Source: Euprymna scolopes | Lineage: Eukaryota | DNA length: 64,000 nucleotides | NCBI GenBank assembly: GCA_053919585.1 | Contig: CM132786.1 | Strand: one strand, 5' to 3' | Part shown: positions 38,389 to 53,300 of the stretch, piece after piece | Layout: the number at the start of each line of letters is the position of its first letter | Numbering within the stretch: the stretch's first letter is position 1 | The notes under the pieces: model-generated | What the model saw: the letters and a program-made list of their open reading frames with translations, nothing else | What the model was told of the DNA's origin: nothing | The model's database searches: none | Program-made: the position numbers and the translations under genes

Positions 38389-39720
38389 TTTTTTACATGG
38401 TAGTCACTACGTATCAAGGCCCGGAAGCCACTCGGTGATAAGGTTTATTGCGTGTGCAGTAGTCAATGGGATAGTATCGTAGTAATCGTTAGTAATGGAC
38501 ATTTGATAAAGTGTCTTACTTAAAGGAGAGGGTTATCAGAAATTTGTTTATGTTGGACTTGAAGACATCCAAGTTGTAGTCAGGTGGCAAACAGCCAAAT
38601 GGATTAAAGTTCCACAGGCATGCACTTCTAAAAAAGAAGCTTTGTTCATAGAATTTACGTTTTGATTTAGGAAGAGATAAAGAGTGGGGAAAATTATTGA
38701 GAGTGGTTTCAGTTAGACGGGTGTTTTTCGTGAAAGATTCGTGATAGGGGCAGAGATTCGAGCTCAGACGAGCACTTTCCATGGGAATAACGATAAAACA
38801 AAGACAGGCTCGCAACGTCTCTTTTGTGGGAGAGAGGTTGCAAGGAAGAGAAAAGGGCGTCCCCCACTAGGCCACGAAGTCTATTTTGTACTCTGTCAAG
38901 GCAGGATAGGCTGTTTGTAGCAGCTCCTGCCCAGATGGGGCAACAGTACTCAATCCTTGGACGTACTTGGCTTTTATACAGATAGAGAATTGCATCAGTA
39001 GTGAAATATCTTCTGGAGCGATAGAAGGATCCTACTATTTTTCCAGCGACCTTGGCAACAGATTTGATGTACATGTTCCATTTCAGGTCGTGAGTAAAGG
39101 TCAATCCCAGAAGCTTATCAAAACATGGACCCTCCCCTAGACGAGAGCCATCAATTTCAATTGATGCCAGATGGGGATCAGAGTGTTAATGATGTAAAGA
39201 TAGGAGCTTGGTTTTAGATGTATTAAAAGTAACCAGCCACCTCTTCCCCTACTGTACCATGCGCTCAAGATCAGAGGAGAGAGAATAACAGAACTTTGTC
39301 ATTTGCGGCCATAGATGGTCGTGTCATCAGCATAGATGTCAACGAATAATTTAAGTATATGATTTGGGAGATCATTGATGTAGATAAGGAAGAGAGTTGG
39401 GCCCAGGATGGACCCCTGAGGGACTCCAGCATTAATACTGTTGGCCTCTGATTTCTGCCCATTAACCACTGCTCTTATGAGTCTATCAGAGAGAAATGTT
39501 TTAATGATTGAGAAAACATTTCCAGTTATACCGTAGCTGGAAATCTTTTGAAGTAGGTCCTTCTGCCATACCTTATTGAAGGTCTTTGATATGTCAAGAG
39601 CAATTGCCCTAGAAAAGAAAGCCTTTGTCGAGAGATTCACTAATGTCTATGAGATATAACCGTTAGTACATCTGCTGTAGATTTGACCGAACGGAAACCA
39701 TATTGCATGTCACTAAGAAG
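38389..39720 (-). mobile_element. CR1 subfamily B, longer 5'-truncated copy
   Basis: ORFs 39299-39640 (ALDISKTFNKVW, GVPQGSILGP, YADD), 38709-39104 and 38516-38815; 3' UTR and A-tail. Confidence 0.92.
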
Positions 39721-39798
39721 AGATATACAATTATTGGTTTATTATATAGTTATTTTTTTTATTATATAGTTATAACTAATTGAGTAAATGCGAGATAA

Positions 39799-39799
39799 C

Positions 39800-39849
<50 letters not shown>
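39799..39849. repeat. (TTA)n microsatellite
   Basis: Seen directly. Confidence 0.95.
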
Positions 39850-39850
<1 letters not shown>

Positions 39851-40249
39851 TGATGGAGCAAAATATAGAAGATAAAGGATAAATAACTATTATTTTATCA
39901 TTATTAATCATCGAATCAAAATCACATAACTATTATATAACAATTACTGCTAATGGAATTAAAAAATTATGTACTCCTATTTTCTTTTTACATTTTTACT
40001 TGAATATTTATTTATTTTTACTGAATTCTTCTTTTAATTCTCTGTTTTATCACTTCGACATTATTGCTTATGCCTGATTTATTGTTTTCGTCTCTATTCG
40101 CATACTCGATGTTTGATATTTTTTAGATTTTGATATATACTTTATTTACAATCGGTTGAGTTTTCTAAATATAAATTTGATCAATCTACCTTTTTATCTG
40201 TATATCCGATGTCTGAATGTTTATATTTTAATATAAATTCTAATTTCAA

Positions 40250-43200
40250 TGGTTTATGTAATTTTGATCGACATGGCTTTTGTCATAAAAAAATATCTAC
40301 AGGAATTTCCTTGAAATCTTATTTGGTTTTGTTATACCGGATTCTCTTAGGTTCTCGCTGTGTCCATTCTGATGGCTATCATCTTTCCTGTGCTCCACTT
40401 TCATCTGGACATATATATCTAAAAGACTTTTCCAATACTCCGAACTGTTATGTGGATTATCTTATTTACGAATTTTTATCAGAATTTCACTCTCAACTGA
40501 AGTTAAACTTTTCGATTTTTAAAGCAGTTGCTACTTTTTTCCAAAGTGCTTTTCTAAGTATTTTACTTGGACTTTTAGAAAATTTGGAACCCTTAAGAAT
40601 GTTACCATAGACTTTTAGAAAATTTGGAACCCTTAAGAATGTTACCATAGACTTTTAGACAATTTGGAACCCTTAAGAATGTTACCATAGACTTTTAGAA
40701 AATTTGGAACCCTTAAGAATGTTACCATAGACTTTTAGAAAATTTGGAACCCTAAAGAATGTTACCATAGACTTTTAGAAAATTTGGAACCCTTAAGAAT
40801 GTTACCATAGACTTTTAGAAAATTTGGAACCCTTAAGAATGTTACCATAGACTTTTAGAAAATTTGGAACCCTTAAGAATGTTAGCATAGACTTTTAGAA
40901 AATTTGGAACCCTTAAGAATGTTACCATAGACTTTTAGAAAATTTGGAACCCTTAAGAATGTTACCATAGACTTTTAGAAAATTTGGAACCCTTAAGAAT
41001 GTTACCATAGACTTTTAGAAAATTTGGAACCCTTAAGAATGTTACCATAGACTTTTAATAAATTTGGAACCCTTAAGAATGTTACCATAGACTTTTAGAA
41101 AATTTGGAACCCTTAAGAATGTTACCATAGACTTTTAGAAAACTTGGAACCCTTAAGAATGTTACCATAGACTTTTAGAAAATTTGGAACCCTTAAGAAT
41201 GTTACCATAGACTTTTAGAAAATTTGGAACCCTTAAGAATGTTACCATAGACTTTTAGAAAATTTGGAACCCTTAAGAATGTTACCATAGACTTTTAGAA
41301 AATTTGGAACCCTTAAGAATGTTACCATAGACTTTTAGAAAATTTGGAACCCTTAAGAATGTTACCATAGACTTTTAGAAAATTTGGAACCCTTAAGAAT
41401 GTTACCATAGACTTTTAGAAAATTTGGAACCCTTAAGAATGTTAGCATAGACTTTTAGAAAATTTGGAACCCTTAAGAATGTTAGCATAGACTTTTAGAA
41501 AATTTGGAACCCTTAAGAATGTTACCATAGACTTTTAGAAAATTTGGAACCCTTAAGAATGTTACCATAGACTTTTAGAAAATTTGGAACCCTTAAGAAT
41601 GTTACCATAGACTTTTAGAAAACTTTGAACCCTTAAGAATGTTACCATAGACTTTTAGAAAATTTGGAACCCTTAAGAATGTTACCATAGACTTTTAGAA
41701 AATTTGGAACCCTTAAGAATGTTAGCATAGACTTTTAGAAAATTTGGAACCCTTAAGAATGTTACCATAGACTTTTAGAAAATTTGGAACCCTTAAGAAT
41801 GTTAGCATAGACTTTTAGAAAATTTGGAACCCTTAAGAATGTTACCATAGACTTTTAGAAAATTTGGAACCCTTAAGAATGTTAGCATAGACTTTTAGAA
41901 AATTTGGAACCCTTAAGAATGTTACCATAGACTTTTAGAAAATTTGGAACCCTTAAGAATGTTACCATAGACTTTTAGAAAATTTGGAATCCTTAAGAAT
42001 GTTACCATAGACTTTTAGAAAATTTGGAACCCTTAAGAATGTTACCATAGACTTTTAGAAAATTTGGAACCATTAAGAATGTTACCATAGACTTTTAGAA
42101 AATTTGGAACCCTTAAGAATGTTACCATAGACTTTTAGAAAATTTGGAACCCTTAAGAATGTTACCATAGACTTTTAGAAAATTTGGAACCCTTAAGAAT
42201 GTTACCATAGACTTTTAGAAAATTTGGAACCCTTAAGAATGTTACCATAGACTTTTAGAAAATTTGGAACCCTTAAGAATGTTACCATAGACTTTTAGAA
42301 AATTTGGAACCCTTAAGAATGTTACCATAGACTTTTAGAAAATTTGGAACCCTTAAGAATGTTACCATAGACTTTTAGACAATTTGGAACCCTTAAGAAT
42401 GTTAGCATAGACTTTTAGAAAATTTGGAACCCTTAAGAATGTTACCATAGACTTTTAGAAAATTTGGAACCCTTAAGAATGTTACCATAGACTTTTAGAA
42501 AATTTGGAACCCTTAAGAATGTTAGCATAGACTTTTAGAAAATTTGGAACCCTTAAGAATGTTACCATAGACTTTTAGAAAATTTGGAACCCTTAAGAAT
42601 GTTAGCATAGACTTTTAGAAAATTTGGAACCCTTAAGAATGTTACCATAGACTTTTAGAAAATTTGGAACCCTTAAGAATGTTACCATAGACTTTTAGAA
42701 AATTTGGAACCCTTAAGAATGTTACCATAGACTTTTAGAAAATTTGGAACCCTTAAGAATGTTACCATAGACTTTTAGAAAATTTGGAACCCTTAAGAAT
42801 GTTACCATAGACTTTTAGAAAATTTGGAACCCTTAAGAATGTTACCATAGACTTTTAGAAAATTTGGAACCCTTAAGAATGTTACCATAGACTTTTAGAA
42901 AATTTGGAACCCTTAAGAATGTTACCATAGACTTTTAGAAAATTTGGAACCCTTAAGAATGTTACCATAGACTTTTAGAAAATTTGGAACCCTTAAGAAT
43001 GTTACCATAGACTTTTAGAAAATTTGGAACCCTTAAGAATGTTACCATAGACTTTTAGAAAATTTGGAACCCTTAAGAATGTTACCATAGACTTTTAGAA
43101 AATTTGGAACCCTTAAGAATGTTACCATAGACTTTTAGAAAATTTGGAACCCTTAAGAATGTTACCATAGACTTTTAGAAAATTTGGAACCCTTAAGAAT

Positions 43201-46200
43201 GTTACCATAGACTTTTAGAAAATTTGGAACCCTTAAGAATGTTACCATAGACTTTTAGAAAATTTGGAACCCTTAAGAATGTTACCATAGACTTTTAGAA
43301 AATTTGGAACCCTTAAGAATGTTAACATAGACTTTTAAAAAATTTAAAACCCTTAAGAATGTTACCATAGACTTTTAGAAAATTTGGAAACCTTAAGAAT
43401 GTTACCATAGACTTTTAGAAAATTTGGAACCCTTAAGAATGTTACCATAGACTTTTAGAAAATTTGGAACCCTTAAGAATGTTACCATAGACTTTTAGAA
43501 AATTTGGAACGCTTAAGAATGTTACCATAGACTTTTAGAAAATTTGGAACCCTTAAGAATGTTACCATAGACTTTTAGAAAATTTGGAACCCTTAAGAAT
43601 GTTAGCATAGACTTTTAGAAAATTTGGAACCCTTAAGAATGTTAGCATAGACTTTTAGAAAATATGGAACCCTTAAGAATGTTACCATAGACTTTTAGAA
43701 AATTTGGAACCCTTAAGAATGTTACCATAGACTTTTAGAAAATGTGGAACCCTTAAGAATGTTACCATAGACTTTTAGAAAATTTGGAACCCTTAAGAAT
43801 GTTACCATAGACTTTTAGAAAATTTGGAACCCTTAAGAATGTTAGCATAGACTTTTAGAAAATTTGGAACCCTTAAGAATGTTACCATAGGCTTTTAGAA
43901 AATTTGGAACCCTTAAGAATGTTACCATAGACTTTTAGAAAATTTGGAACCCTTAAGAATGTTACCATAGACTTTTAGAAAATTTGGAACCCTTAAGAAT
44001 GTTACCATAGACTTTTAGAAAATTTGGAACCCTTAAGTATGTTAACATAGACTTTTAGAAAATTTGGAACCCTTAAGAATGTTACCATAGACTTTTAGAA
44101 AATTTGAAAACCTTAAGAATGTTACCATAGACTTTTAGAAAATTTGGAACCCTTAAGAATGTTAGCATAGACTTTTAGAAAATTTGGAACCCTTAAGAAT
44201 GTTACCATAGACTTTTAGAAAATTTGGAACCCTTAAGAATGTTACCATAGACTTTTAGAAAATTTGGAACCCTTAAGAATGTTACCATAGACTTTTAGAA
44301 AATTTGGAACCCTTAAGAATGTTAGCATAGACTTTTAGAAAATTTGGAACCCTTAAGAATGTTACCATAGACTTTTAGAAAATTTGGAACCCTTAAGAAT
44401 GTTACCATAGACTTTTAGAAAATTTGGAACCCTTAAGAATGTTACCATAGACTTTTAGAAAATTTGGAACCCTTAAGAATGTTACCATAGACTTTTAGAA
44501 AATGTGGAACCCTTAAGAATGTTACCATAGACTTTTAGAAAATTTGGAACCCTTAAGAATGTTAGCATAGACTTTTAGAAAATTTGGAACCCTTAAGAAT
44601 GTTAGCATAGACTTTTAGAAAATTTGGAACCCTTAAGAATGTTACCATAGACTTTTAGAAAATTTGGAACCCTTAAGAATGTTAGCATAGACTTTTAGAA
44701 AATTTGGAACCCTTAAGAATGTTAGCATAGACTTTTAGAAAATTTGGAACCCTATAGAATGTTAGCATAGACTTTTAGAAAATTTGGAACCCTTAAGAAT
44801 GTTACCATAGACTTTTAGAAAATTTGGAACCCTTAAGAATGTTACCATAGACTTTTAGAAAATTTGGAACCCTTAAGAATGTTACCATAGACTTTTAGAA
44901 AATTTGGAACCCTTAAGAATGTTACCATAGACTTTTAGAAAATTTGGAACCCTTAAGAATGTTACCATAGACTTTTAGAAAATTTGGAACCCTTAAGAAT
45001 GTTACCATAGACTTTTAGAAAATTTGGAACCCTTAAGAATGTTAGCATAGACTTTTAGAAAATTTGGAACCCTTAAGAATGTTACCATAGACTTTTAGAA
45101 AATTTGGAACCCTTAAGAATGTTAGCATAGACTTTTAGAAAATTTGGAACCCTTAAGAATGTTACCATAGACTTTTAGAAAATTTGGAACCCTTAAGAAT
45201 GTTACCATAGACTTTTAGAAAATGTGGAACCCTTAAGAATGTTACCATAGACTTTTAGAAAATTTGGAACCCTTAAGAATGTTAGCATAGACTTTTAGAA
45301 AATTTGGAACCCTTAAGAATGTTACCATAGACTTTTAGAAAATTTGGAACCCTTAAGAATGTTACCATAGACTTTTAGAAAATTTGGAACCCTTAAGAAT
45401 GTTAGCATAGACTTTTAGAAAATTTGGAACCCTTAAGAATGTTACCATAGACTTTTAGAAAATTTGGAACCCTTAAGAATGTTAGCATAGACTTTTAGAA
45501 AATTTGGAACCCTTAAGAATGTTACCATAGACTTTTAGAAAATTTGGAACCCTTAAGAATGTTACCATAGACTTTTAGAAAATTTGGAACCCTTAAGAAT
45601 GTTACCATAGACTTTTAGAAAATTTGGAACCCTTAAGAATGTTACCATAGACTTTTAGAAACTTTGGAACCCTTAAGAATGTTACCATAGACTTTTAGAA
45701 AATTTGGAACCCTTAAGAATGTTACCATAGACTTTTAGAAAATTTGGAACCCTTAAGAATGTTACCATAGACTTTTAGAAAATTTGGAACCCTTAAGAAT
45801 GTTACCATAGACTTTTAGAAAATTTGGAACCCTTAAGAATGTTACCATAGACTTTTAGAAAATTTGGAACCCTTAAGAATGTTACCATAGACTTTTAGAA
45901 AATTTGGAACCCTTAAGAATGTTACCATAGACTTTTAGAAAATTTGGAACCCTTAAGAATGTTACCATAGACTTTTAGAAAATTTGGAACCCTTAAGAAT
46001 GTTACCATAGACTTTTAGAAAATTTGGAACCCTTAAGAATGTTACCATAGACTTTTAGAAAATTTGGAACCCTTAAGAATGTTACCATAGACTTTTAGAA
46101 AATTTGGAACCCTTAAGAATGTTACCATAGACTTTTAGAAAATTTGGAACCCTTAAGAATGTTACCATAGACTTTTAGAAAATTTGGAATCCTTAAGAAT

Positions 46201-48200
46201 GTTACCATAGACTTTTAGAAAATTTGGAACCCTTAAGAATGTTACCATAGACTTTTAGAAAATTTGGAACCCTTAAGAATGTTACCATAGACTTTTAGAA
46301 AATTTGGAACCCTTAAGAATGTGACCATAGACTTTTAGAAAATTTGGAACCCTTAAGAATGTTACCATAGACTTTTAGAAAATTTGGAACCCTTAAGAAT
46401 GTTACCATAGACTTTTAGAAAATTTGGAACCCTTAAGAATGTTACCATAGACTTTTAGAAAATTTGGAACCCTTAAGAATGTTAGCATAGACTTTTAGAA
46501 AATTTGGAACCCTTAAGAATGTTACCATAGACTTTTAGAAAATTTGGAACCCTTAAGAATGTTACCATAGACTTTTAGAAAATTTGGAACCCTTAAGAAT
46601 GTTACCATAGACTTTTAGAAAATTTGGAACCCTTAAGAATGTTACCATAGACTTTTAGAAAATTTGGAACCCTTAAGAATGTTACCATAGACTTTTAGAA
46701 AATTTGGAACCCTTAAGAATGTTACCATAGACTTTTAGATAATTTGGAACCCTTAAGAATGTTACCATAGACTTTTAGAAAATTTGGAACCCTTAAGAAT
46801 GTTAGCATAGACTTTTAGAAAATTTGGAACCCTTAAGAATGTTACCATAGACTTTTAGAAAATTTGGAACCCTTAAGAATGTTACCATAGACTTTTAGAA
46901 AATTTGGAACCCTTAAGAATGTTACCATAGACTTTTAGAAAATTTGGAACCCTTAAGAATGTTAGCATAGACTTTTAGAAAATTTCGAACCCTTAAGAAT
47001 GTTACCATAGACTTTTAGAAAATTTGGAACCCTTAAGAATGTTACCATAGACTTTTAGAAAATTTGGAACCCTTAAGAATGTTACCATAGACTTTTAGAA
47101 AATTTGGAACCCTTAAGAATGTTACCATAGACTTTTAGAAAATTTGGAACCCTTAAGAATGTTACCATAGACTTTTAGAAAATTTGGAACCCTTAAGAAT
47201 GTTACCATAGACTTTTAGAAAATTTGGAACCCTAAAGAATGTTACCATAGACTTTTAGAAAATTTGGAACCCTTAAGAATGTTACAATAGACTTGTAGAA
47301 AATTTGGAACCCTAAAGAATGTTACCATAGACTTTTAGAAAATTTGGAACCCTTAAGAATGTTACCATAGACTTTTAGAAAATTTGGAACCCTTAAGAAT
47401 GTTACCATAGACTTTTAGAAAATTTGGAACCCTTAAGAATGTTACCATAGACTTTTAGAAAATTTGGAACCCTTAAGAATGTTACCATAGACTTTTAGAA
47501 AATTTGGAACCCTTAAGAATGTTACCATAGACTTTTAGAAAATTTGGAACCCTTAAGAATGTTACCATAGACTTTTAGAAAATTTGGAACCCTTAAGAAT
47601 GTTACCATAGACTTTTAGAAAATTTGGAACCCTTAAGAATGTTACCATAGACTTTTAGAAAATTTGGAACCCTTAAGAATGTTACCATAGACTTTTAGAA
47701 AATTTGGAACCCTTAAGAATGTTACCATAGACTTTTAGAAAATTTGGAACCCTTAAGAATGTTACCATAGACTTTTAGAAAATTTGGAACCCTTAAGAAT
47801 GTTACCATAGACTTTTAGAAAATTTGGAACCCTTAAGAATGTTACCATAGACTTTTAGAAAATTTGGAACCCTTAAGAATGTTACCATAGACTTTTAGAA
47901 AATTTGGAACCCTTAAGAATGTTACCATAGACTTTCTGTACAGCTTTGATATTTCTCCTTTCATTTACTAGTAATCTGTTGGTTTTTGTTTTTTACTTTT
48001 TGTTAAACTCATACTGTTTTTTTTTCTTATAAATTTCCATATTTCTTATCTGCTTTTTCTTTTCCATTCCTATTTTTTCCGCTGTTTCTTTTTTTAATTC
48101 CCCGACGTTTCCTTTTTCTGTTATTGTCTTTTCATTTTTAATGATCTTCCTTATTTCTTTGTAATCACTATTTTCTATTTACTGGTGCCTTTTAATTTTT
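40250..48200 (-). pseudogene. Possible LINE ORF1-like remnant interrupted by the 40-bp array
   Basis: With the array collapsed to one unit the - strand reads MKGEISKLYRKSMVTFLRVPNFLKVQVKYLEKHFGK; a decayed CRY(C)YDKSH....(C) knuckle-like segment lies near 40260-40303. Family assignment is tentative. Confidence 0.35.
40571..47935. repeat. 40-bp tandem satellite, 184 units, near-homogeneous
   Basis: Monomer ACTTTTAGAAAATTTGGAACCCTTAAGAATGTTACCATAG; the register is unchanged from 40571 to 47931 (7360 bp / 40 = 184); substitutions only. Confidence 0.99.
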
Positions 48201-48817
48201 TAAGTTTATCATTCACATCTACTTAATTACTTCTGTGTTATTATATTTTAATGTTTTATTTTTGTATTTTATATTTTCTTTAATACTTCTTAATATATCC
48301 TTTATTAATTTCTTATCTTTTATGTTTATGTTAGTTTTTATATAATGCTGGCCCTACTCACCTTCTTATGAGTTGACGTCCGACAATAATCAAAAGATAA
48401 ATCATGTGTCAGGCAAATATATGTAAGAATTTTTACAGAATCGTACGGATTATGTCTGAATGAAAAAAACTCAATATTCAACTGATACACACTTATTACA
48501 CTATACATGCAAAATAGCAAACAGGTGTATGCACAAAATAAATTTCCTTTGAGTTACAAATGCATTAATATATAAATGGTATTCATAGAAAAACATGTAA
48601 GTTCTGTCGAAGAAATATGTTGCACAAATGTCCCAGGAACGAACATTTATACTTTAAACAACCTTCGTCTTACAGAATGAAATAAACTTTACATCAATCA
48701 TCGTACAACACTTCTAAAATAACATAAAAGTCTACGATGTCGATGGCAGTGTATTGTGTTCAATGCATATGTTTTACAATAAACAGCTATTACAGTTTTT
48801 TATTATATTTCCTTCAT

Positions 48818-48867
<50 letters not shown>
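48818..48867. repeat. (TA)n microsatellite
   Basis: Seen directly. Confidence 0.95.
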
Positions 48868-48871
<4 letters not shown>

Positions 48872-49438
48872 TTCGTTACATTTTCAATTAAACCGAAACG
48901 TTGCATGAAAGACAATAGCAAAAGAGAAAAGAAATTTATTTCATCTGTTGTCAAGTTGTATATAAATGGAATGTATTCATGGTATTTTCAAACAACGCAT
49001 TGCATGTTGCTTAAAACGTTTCTAAATTAGCTATCTAGTTAACAAAGCTCTGTCGGTCGAACAAAGTTTTTTTCCCCCTGTATGGACATGTCTGCTTTAT
49101 TTCACTACCTGCTACGTCATTTTCTTAATCTCTGCTTTTCTTTTCTCGTCTCAACTTGCCCTACGTGCACGGTCGTCCGAGAAGTTTTTTGTTAAGTTCG
49201 TATTGCATCTTGTTAAGAATTTCCTCTAGCCCGTACACGTGCTTCCGATAAAACGATCTCGCCGCCAATTGCCATATGTTTACAATACGCCGGCAATTGC
49301 CGATCGCTCGACATCTAATGTCTTTTTCTCTGCGCCGACCTGTTTCTCTTCTTACTTTATTGCGATGTCACGTCCAGCGACGCTTTGATCACTTGCATAT
49401 GTGAGATGCCGCTACTGCGGCTGTGTACGCGCCAGCGG

Positions 49439-49439
<1 letters not shown>

Positions 49440-49517
<78 letters not shown>
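49440..49517. repeat. (TA)n microsatellite
   Basis: Seen directly. Confidence 0.95.
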
Positions 49518-49519
<2 letters not shown>

Positions 49520-50358
49520 AGCCCGGGTGTATAGTCAAAAATCGCCATTCCTGGAATTGTAATCATCAAAACATTACATTTTTCTTTTCTATTTTGTATT
49601 GTGCAATTGTTCATAACTTCTGACCTTTGAATATGAGCAGTTCTTTGTTTTCGTTTTAATTACACTTTCGATCATTTTATGGGATCAAAAATGTGCGGTA
49701 GCTCCACATAGAATGTGTTTGTTTTCCCAATTCTGCTTTCTAATTTGCATCGCCACGATTTATATCCAAAATTAAAAGAATTTGCTCTTCACATGAAATT
49801 TCTCATTCCAATCATTTTTCGTTAGCACATCTAAACTCTTTGAGTCATTAATTAATATAGTTACAGTTCACCATCTCGTAAATAGTAAACTTCTATTTAT
49901 TAAACGATATAAATTTTCCTTCAGCTTATTCTCTTGCAGATATCTTAATGTTTATCTGCGAAGACATAATTGATATTATGGTTAAAGAAAGTTAAACTAG
50001 TGCATTAGAACTTGGTATGTCGAAAGTATTAAATAAAATTAGGCATGATGATATTATTGAATTAATATTTCCTCTAATACAATCATTCTAAGAAAAGAGA
50101 AACATATATGTTGTCCTCGATAGCCGTATATCTAAACATTATGCTCTTAATGCTTGTTCGTACAAGCAGTCATAACTTGCAACTTTATTTTCCCCGATTT
50201 TTTTACACGGCTCTGTTGATGGAATTGATTTTGGTATTTGCATATTAACTTCATAAATTCGAATGCAGAATAACAGTGGGAGAAGTATTTTCCATAAACA
50301 TATGCAAAAATAGTATACACCAATGATTTCTCTTATGAACAGAGTGTTTTATCTACCG

Positions 50359-53300
50359 TCGCATAAAATACATCATATACAATTAATCACATACAATACA
50401 TCGCATAAACCACATCGCATATAATAAATCGCATATAATACATCGCATATAATACATCACATACAATATATCGCATACAATACATCGCATATACTACATC
50501 GCATATAATAAATCGCACACAATACATCGCATATAATACATCGCATATAATAAATCGCATATACTACATCGCATATAATAAATCGCAAACAATATATCAC
50601 ATATAATACATCGCATAAAATACATCGCAAATAATACATCGCATATAATACATCGCATATAATAAATCGTATACAATACATCGCATACAATATATCGCAT
50701 ACAATACATCACATATAATACATCGCATATAATACATCGCAAACAATACATCGCATACAATACATCGCAAACAATAAATCACATACAATACATCGCAAAC
50801 AATAGATCGCATAAAATACATCGAATACAATACATCACATACAATATATCGCATACAATATATCGCAAATAATACATCGCATACTATACATCGCATATAA
50901 TCAATCGCATACAATACATCGCATACAATACATCGCATATAATCAATCGCATACAATACATCGCAAACAATACATCGCATACAATACATCGCATACAATA
51001 CATCGCATATAATAAATCGCATAAAACACATCGCATATAGTACATCGCAAATAATACATCGCATACAATACATCGCAAACAATGAATCACATACAATACA
51101 TCGAAAACAATACATCGCATACAATACATCGAATACAATACATCACATACAATATATCGCATACAATATATCGCAAATAATACATCGCATACAATACATC
51201 GCATATAATCAATCGCATACAATACATCGCATACAATACATCGCATATAATCAATCGCATACAATACATCGCAAACAATACATCGCATACAATACATCGC
51301 ATACAATACATCGCATATAATGAATCGCATAAAATACATCGCATATAGTACATCGCCAATAATACATCGCATACAATACATCGCAAACAATACATCGCAA
51401 ACAATACATCGAATACAATACATCGCATGCAATACATCACATACAATACATCACATACAATACATCACAAACAATACATCACATACAATACATCGCAAAC
51501 AATACATCGCATACAATACATCGCTAACAATACATCACATACAATACATCACATACAATACATACCATACAATACATAACATACAATATATCACAAACAA
51601 TCCATCGAAAAAAAAACATCGCATACAATATATCACATAAAATACATCGCATAAAATACATCACATACAATAAATCACATACAATACATCACAAACAATA
51701 CATCACATACAATACATCGCAAACAATACATCGACTACAATACATCACATACAATACATCGAATACAATACATCAAATACAATACATCACATACAATACA
51801 TCACATACAATAGATCGCATAGAATACATCACATACAATACATCGCTAACAATACATCGCATACAATACATCACATACAATACATCACAAAGAATACATC
51901 ACATACAATACATAACATACAATACATCGCATACAATACATCACATGCAATACATCACATACATTACATTACATACAATACATAACATACAATACATCGC
52001 AAACAATACATCGCATACAATACATAACATACAATACATCGAAAACAATACATCACATACAATACATCACATACAATACATCGCATACAATATATCGCAA
52101 ATAATACATCGCAAACAATACATCGCATACAATACATCGAATACAATACATCACATACGATATATCGCATACAATATATCGCAAATAATACATCGCATAC
52201 AATACATCGCATATAATCAATCGCATACAATACATCGCATACAATACATCGCATATAATCAATCGAATACAATACATAGCAAACAATACATCGCATACAA
52301 TACATCGCATACAATACATCGCATATAATAAATCGCATAAAATACATCGCATATAGTACATCGCAAATAATACATCGCATACAATACATCACAAACAATA
52401 CATCACATACAATACATCGCAAACAATACATCGCATACAATACATCGCTAACAATACATCACATACAATACATCACATACAATACATACCATACAATACA
52501 TAACGTACAATATATCACATACAAAACATCGCATACAATATATCACATACAATACATCGCATAAAATACATCACATACAATAAATCACATACAATACATC
52601 ACAAAACATACATAACATACAATACATCGCAAACAATACATCGAATACAATACATCACAGATAATACATCGAAGACAATACATCAAATACAATACATCAC
52701 ATACAATAAATCACATACAATAGATCGCATAGAATACATCACATACAATACATCGCTAACAATACATCGCATACAATGCATCACATACAATACATCACAT
52801 ACAATACATCACATACAATACATCACATACAATACATCGCATACAATACATCACATGCAATACATCACATACATTACATCACATACAATACATAACATAC
52901 AATACATCGCAAACAATACATCGCATACAATACATAACATACAATACATCGAAAACAATACATCACATACAATACATCACATACAATACATCGCATACAA
53001 TACTTCACATACAATACACCACATACAATCAATCACATACAATACATCACATACAATACATCACATACAATACATCACATACAATTCATCGCATGCAATA
53101 ATTCGAAAACAATACATCGCAAACAATACATAGCAACCAATAAATCGCATACAATACATCGCATGCAATACATCGCAAACAATACATCGCAAACAATATA
53201 TAACATATAATACATTGCATATAATACATCACATACAATATATCGCATACAATACATCGCATATACTACATCGTATATAATAAATCGCAAACAATACATC

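Noticed and set aside
40571-47935. CRISPR-like appearance of the 40-bp repeat
   Set aside because: Units are head to tail with no spacers; eukaryotic context and no cas genes.
17735-49623. ORFs with poly-I, poly-L or YIYI runs (17735, 24077, 24385, 25676, 31665, 49357, 49423)
   Set aside because: Microsatellite translations.
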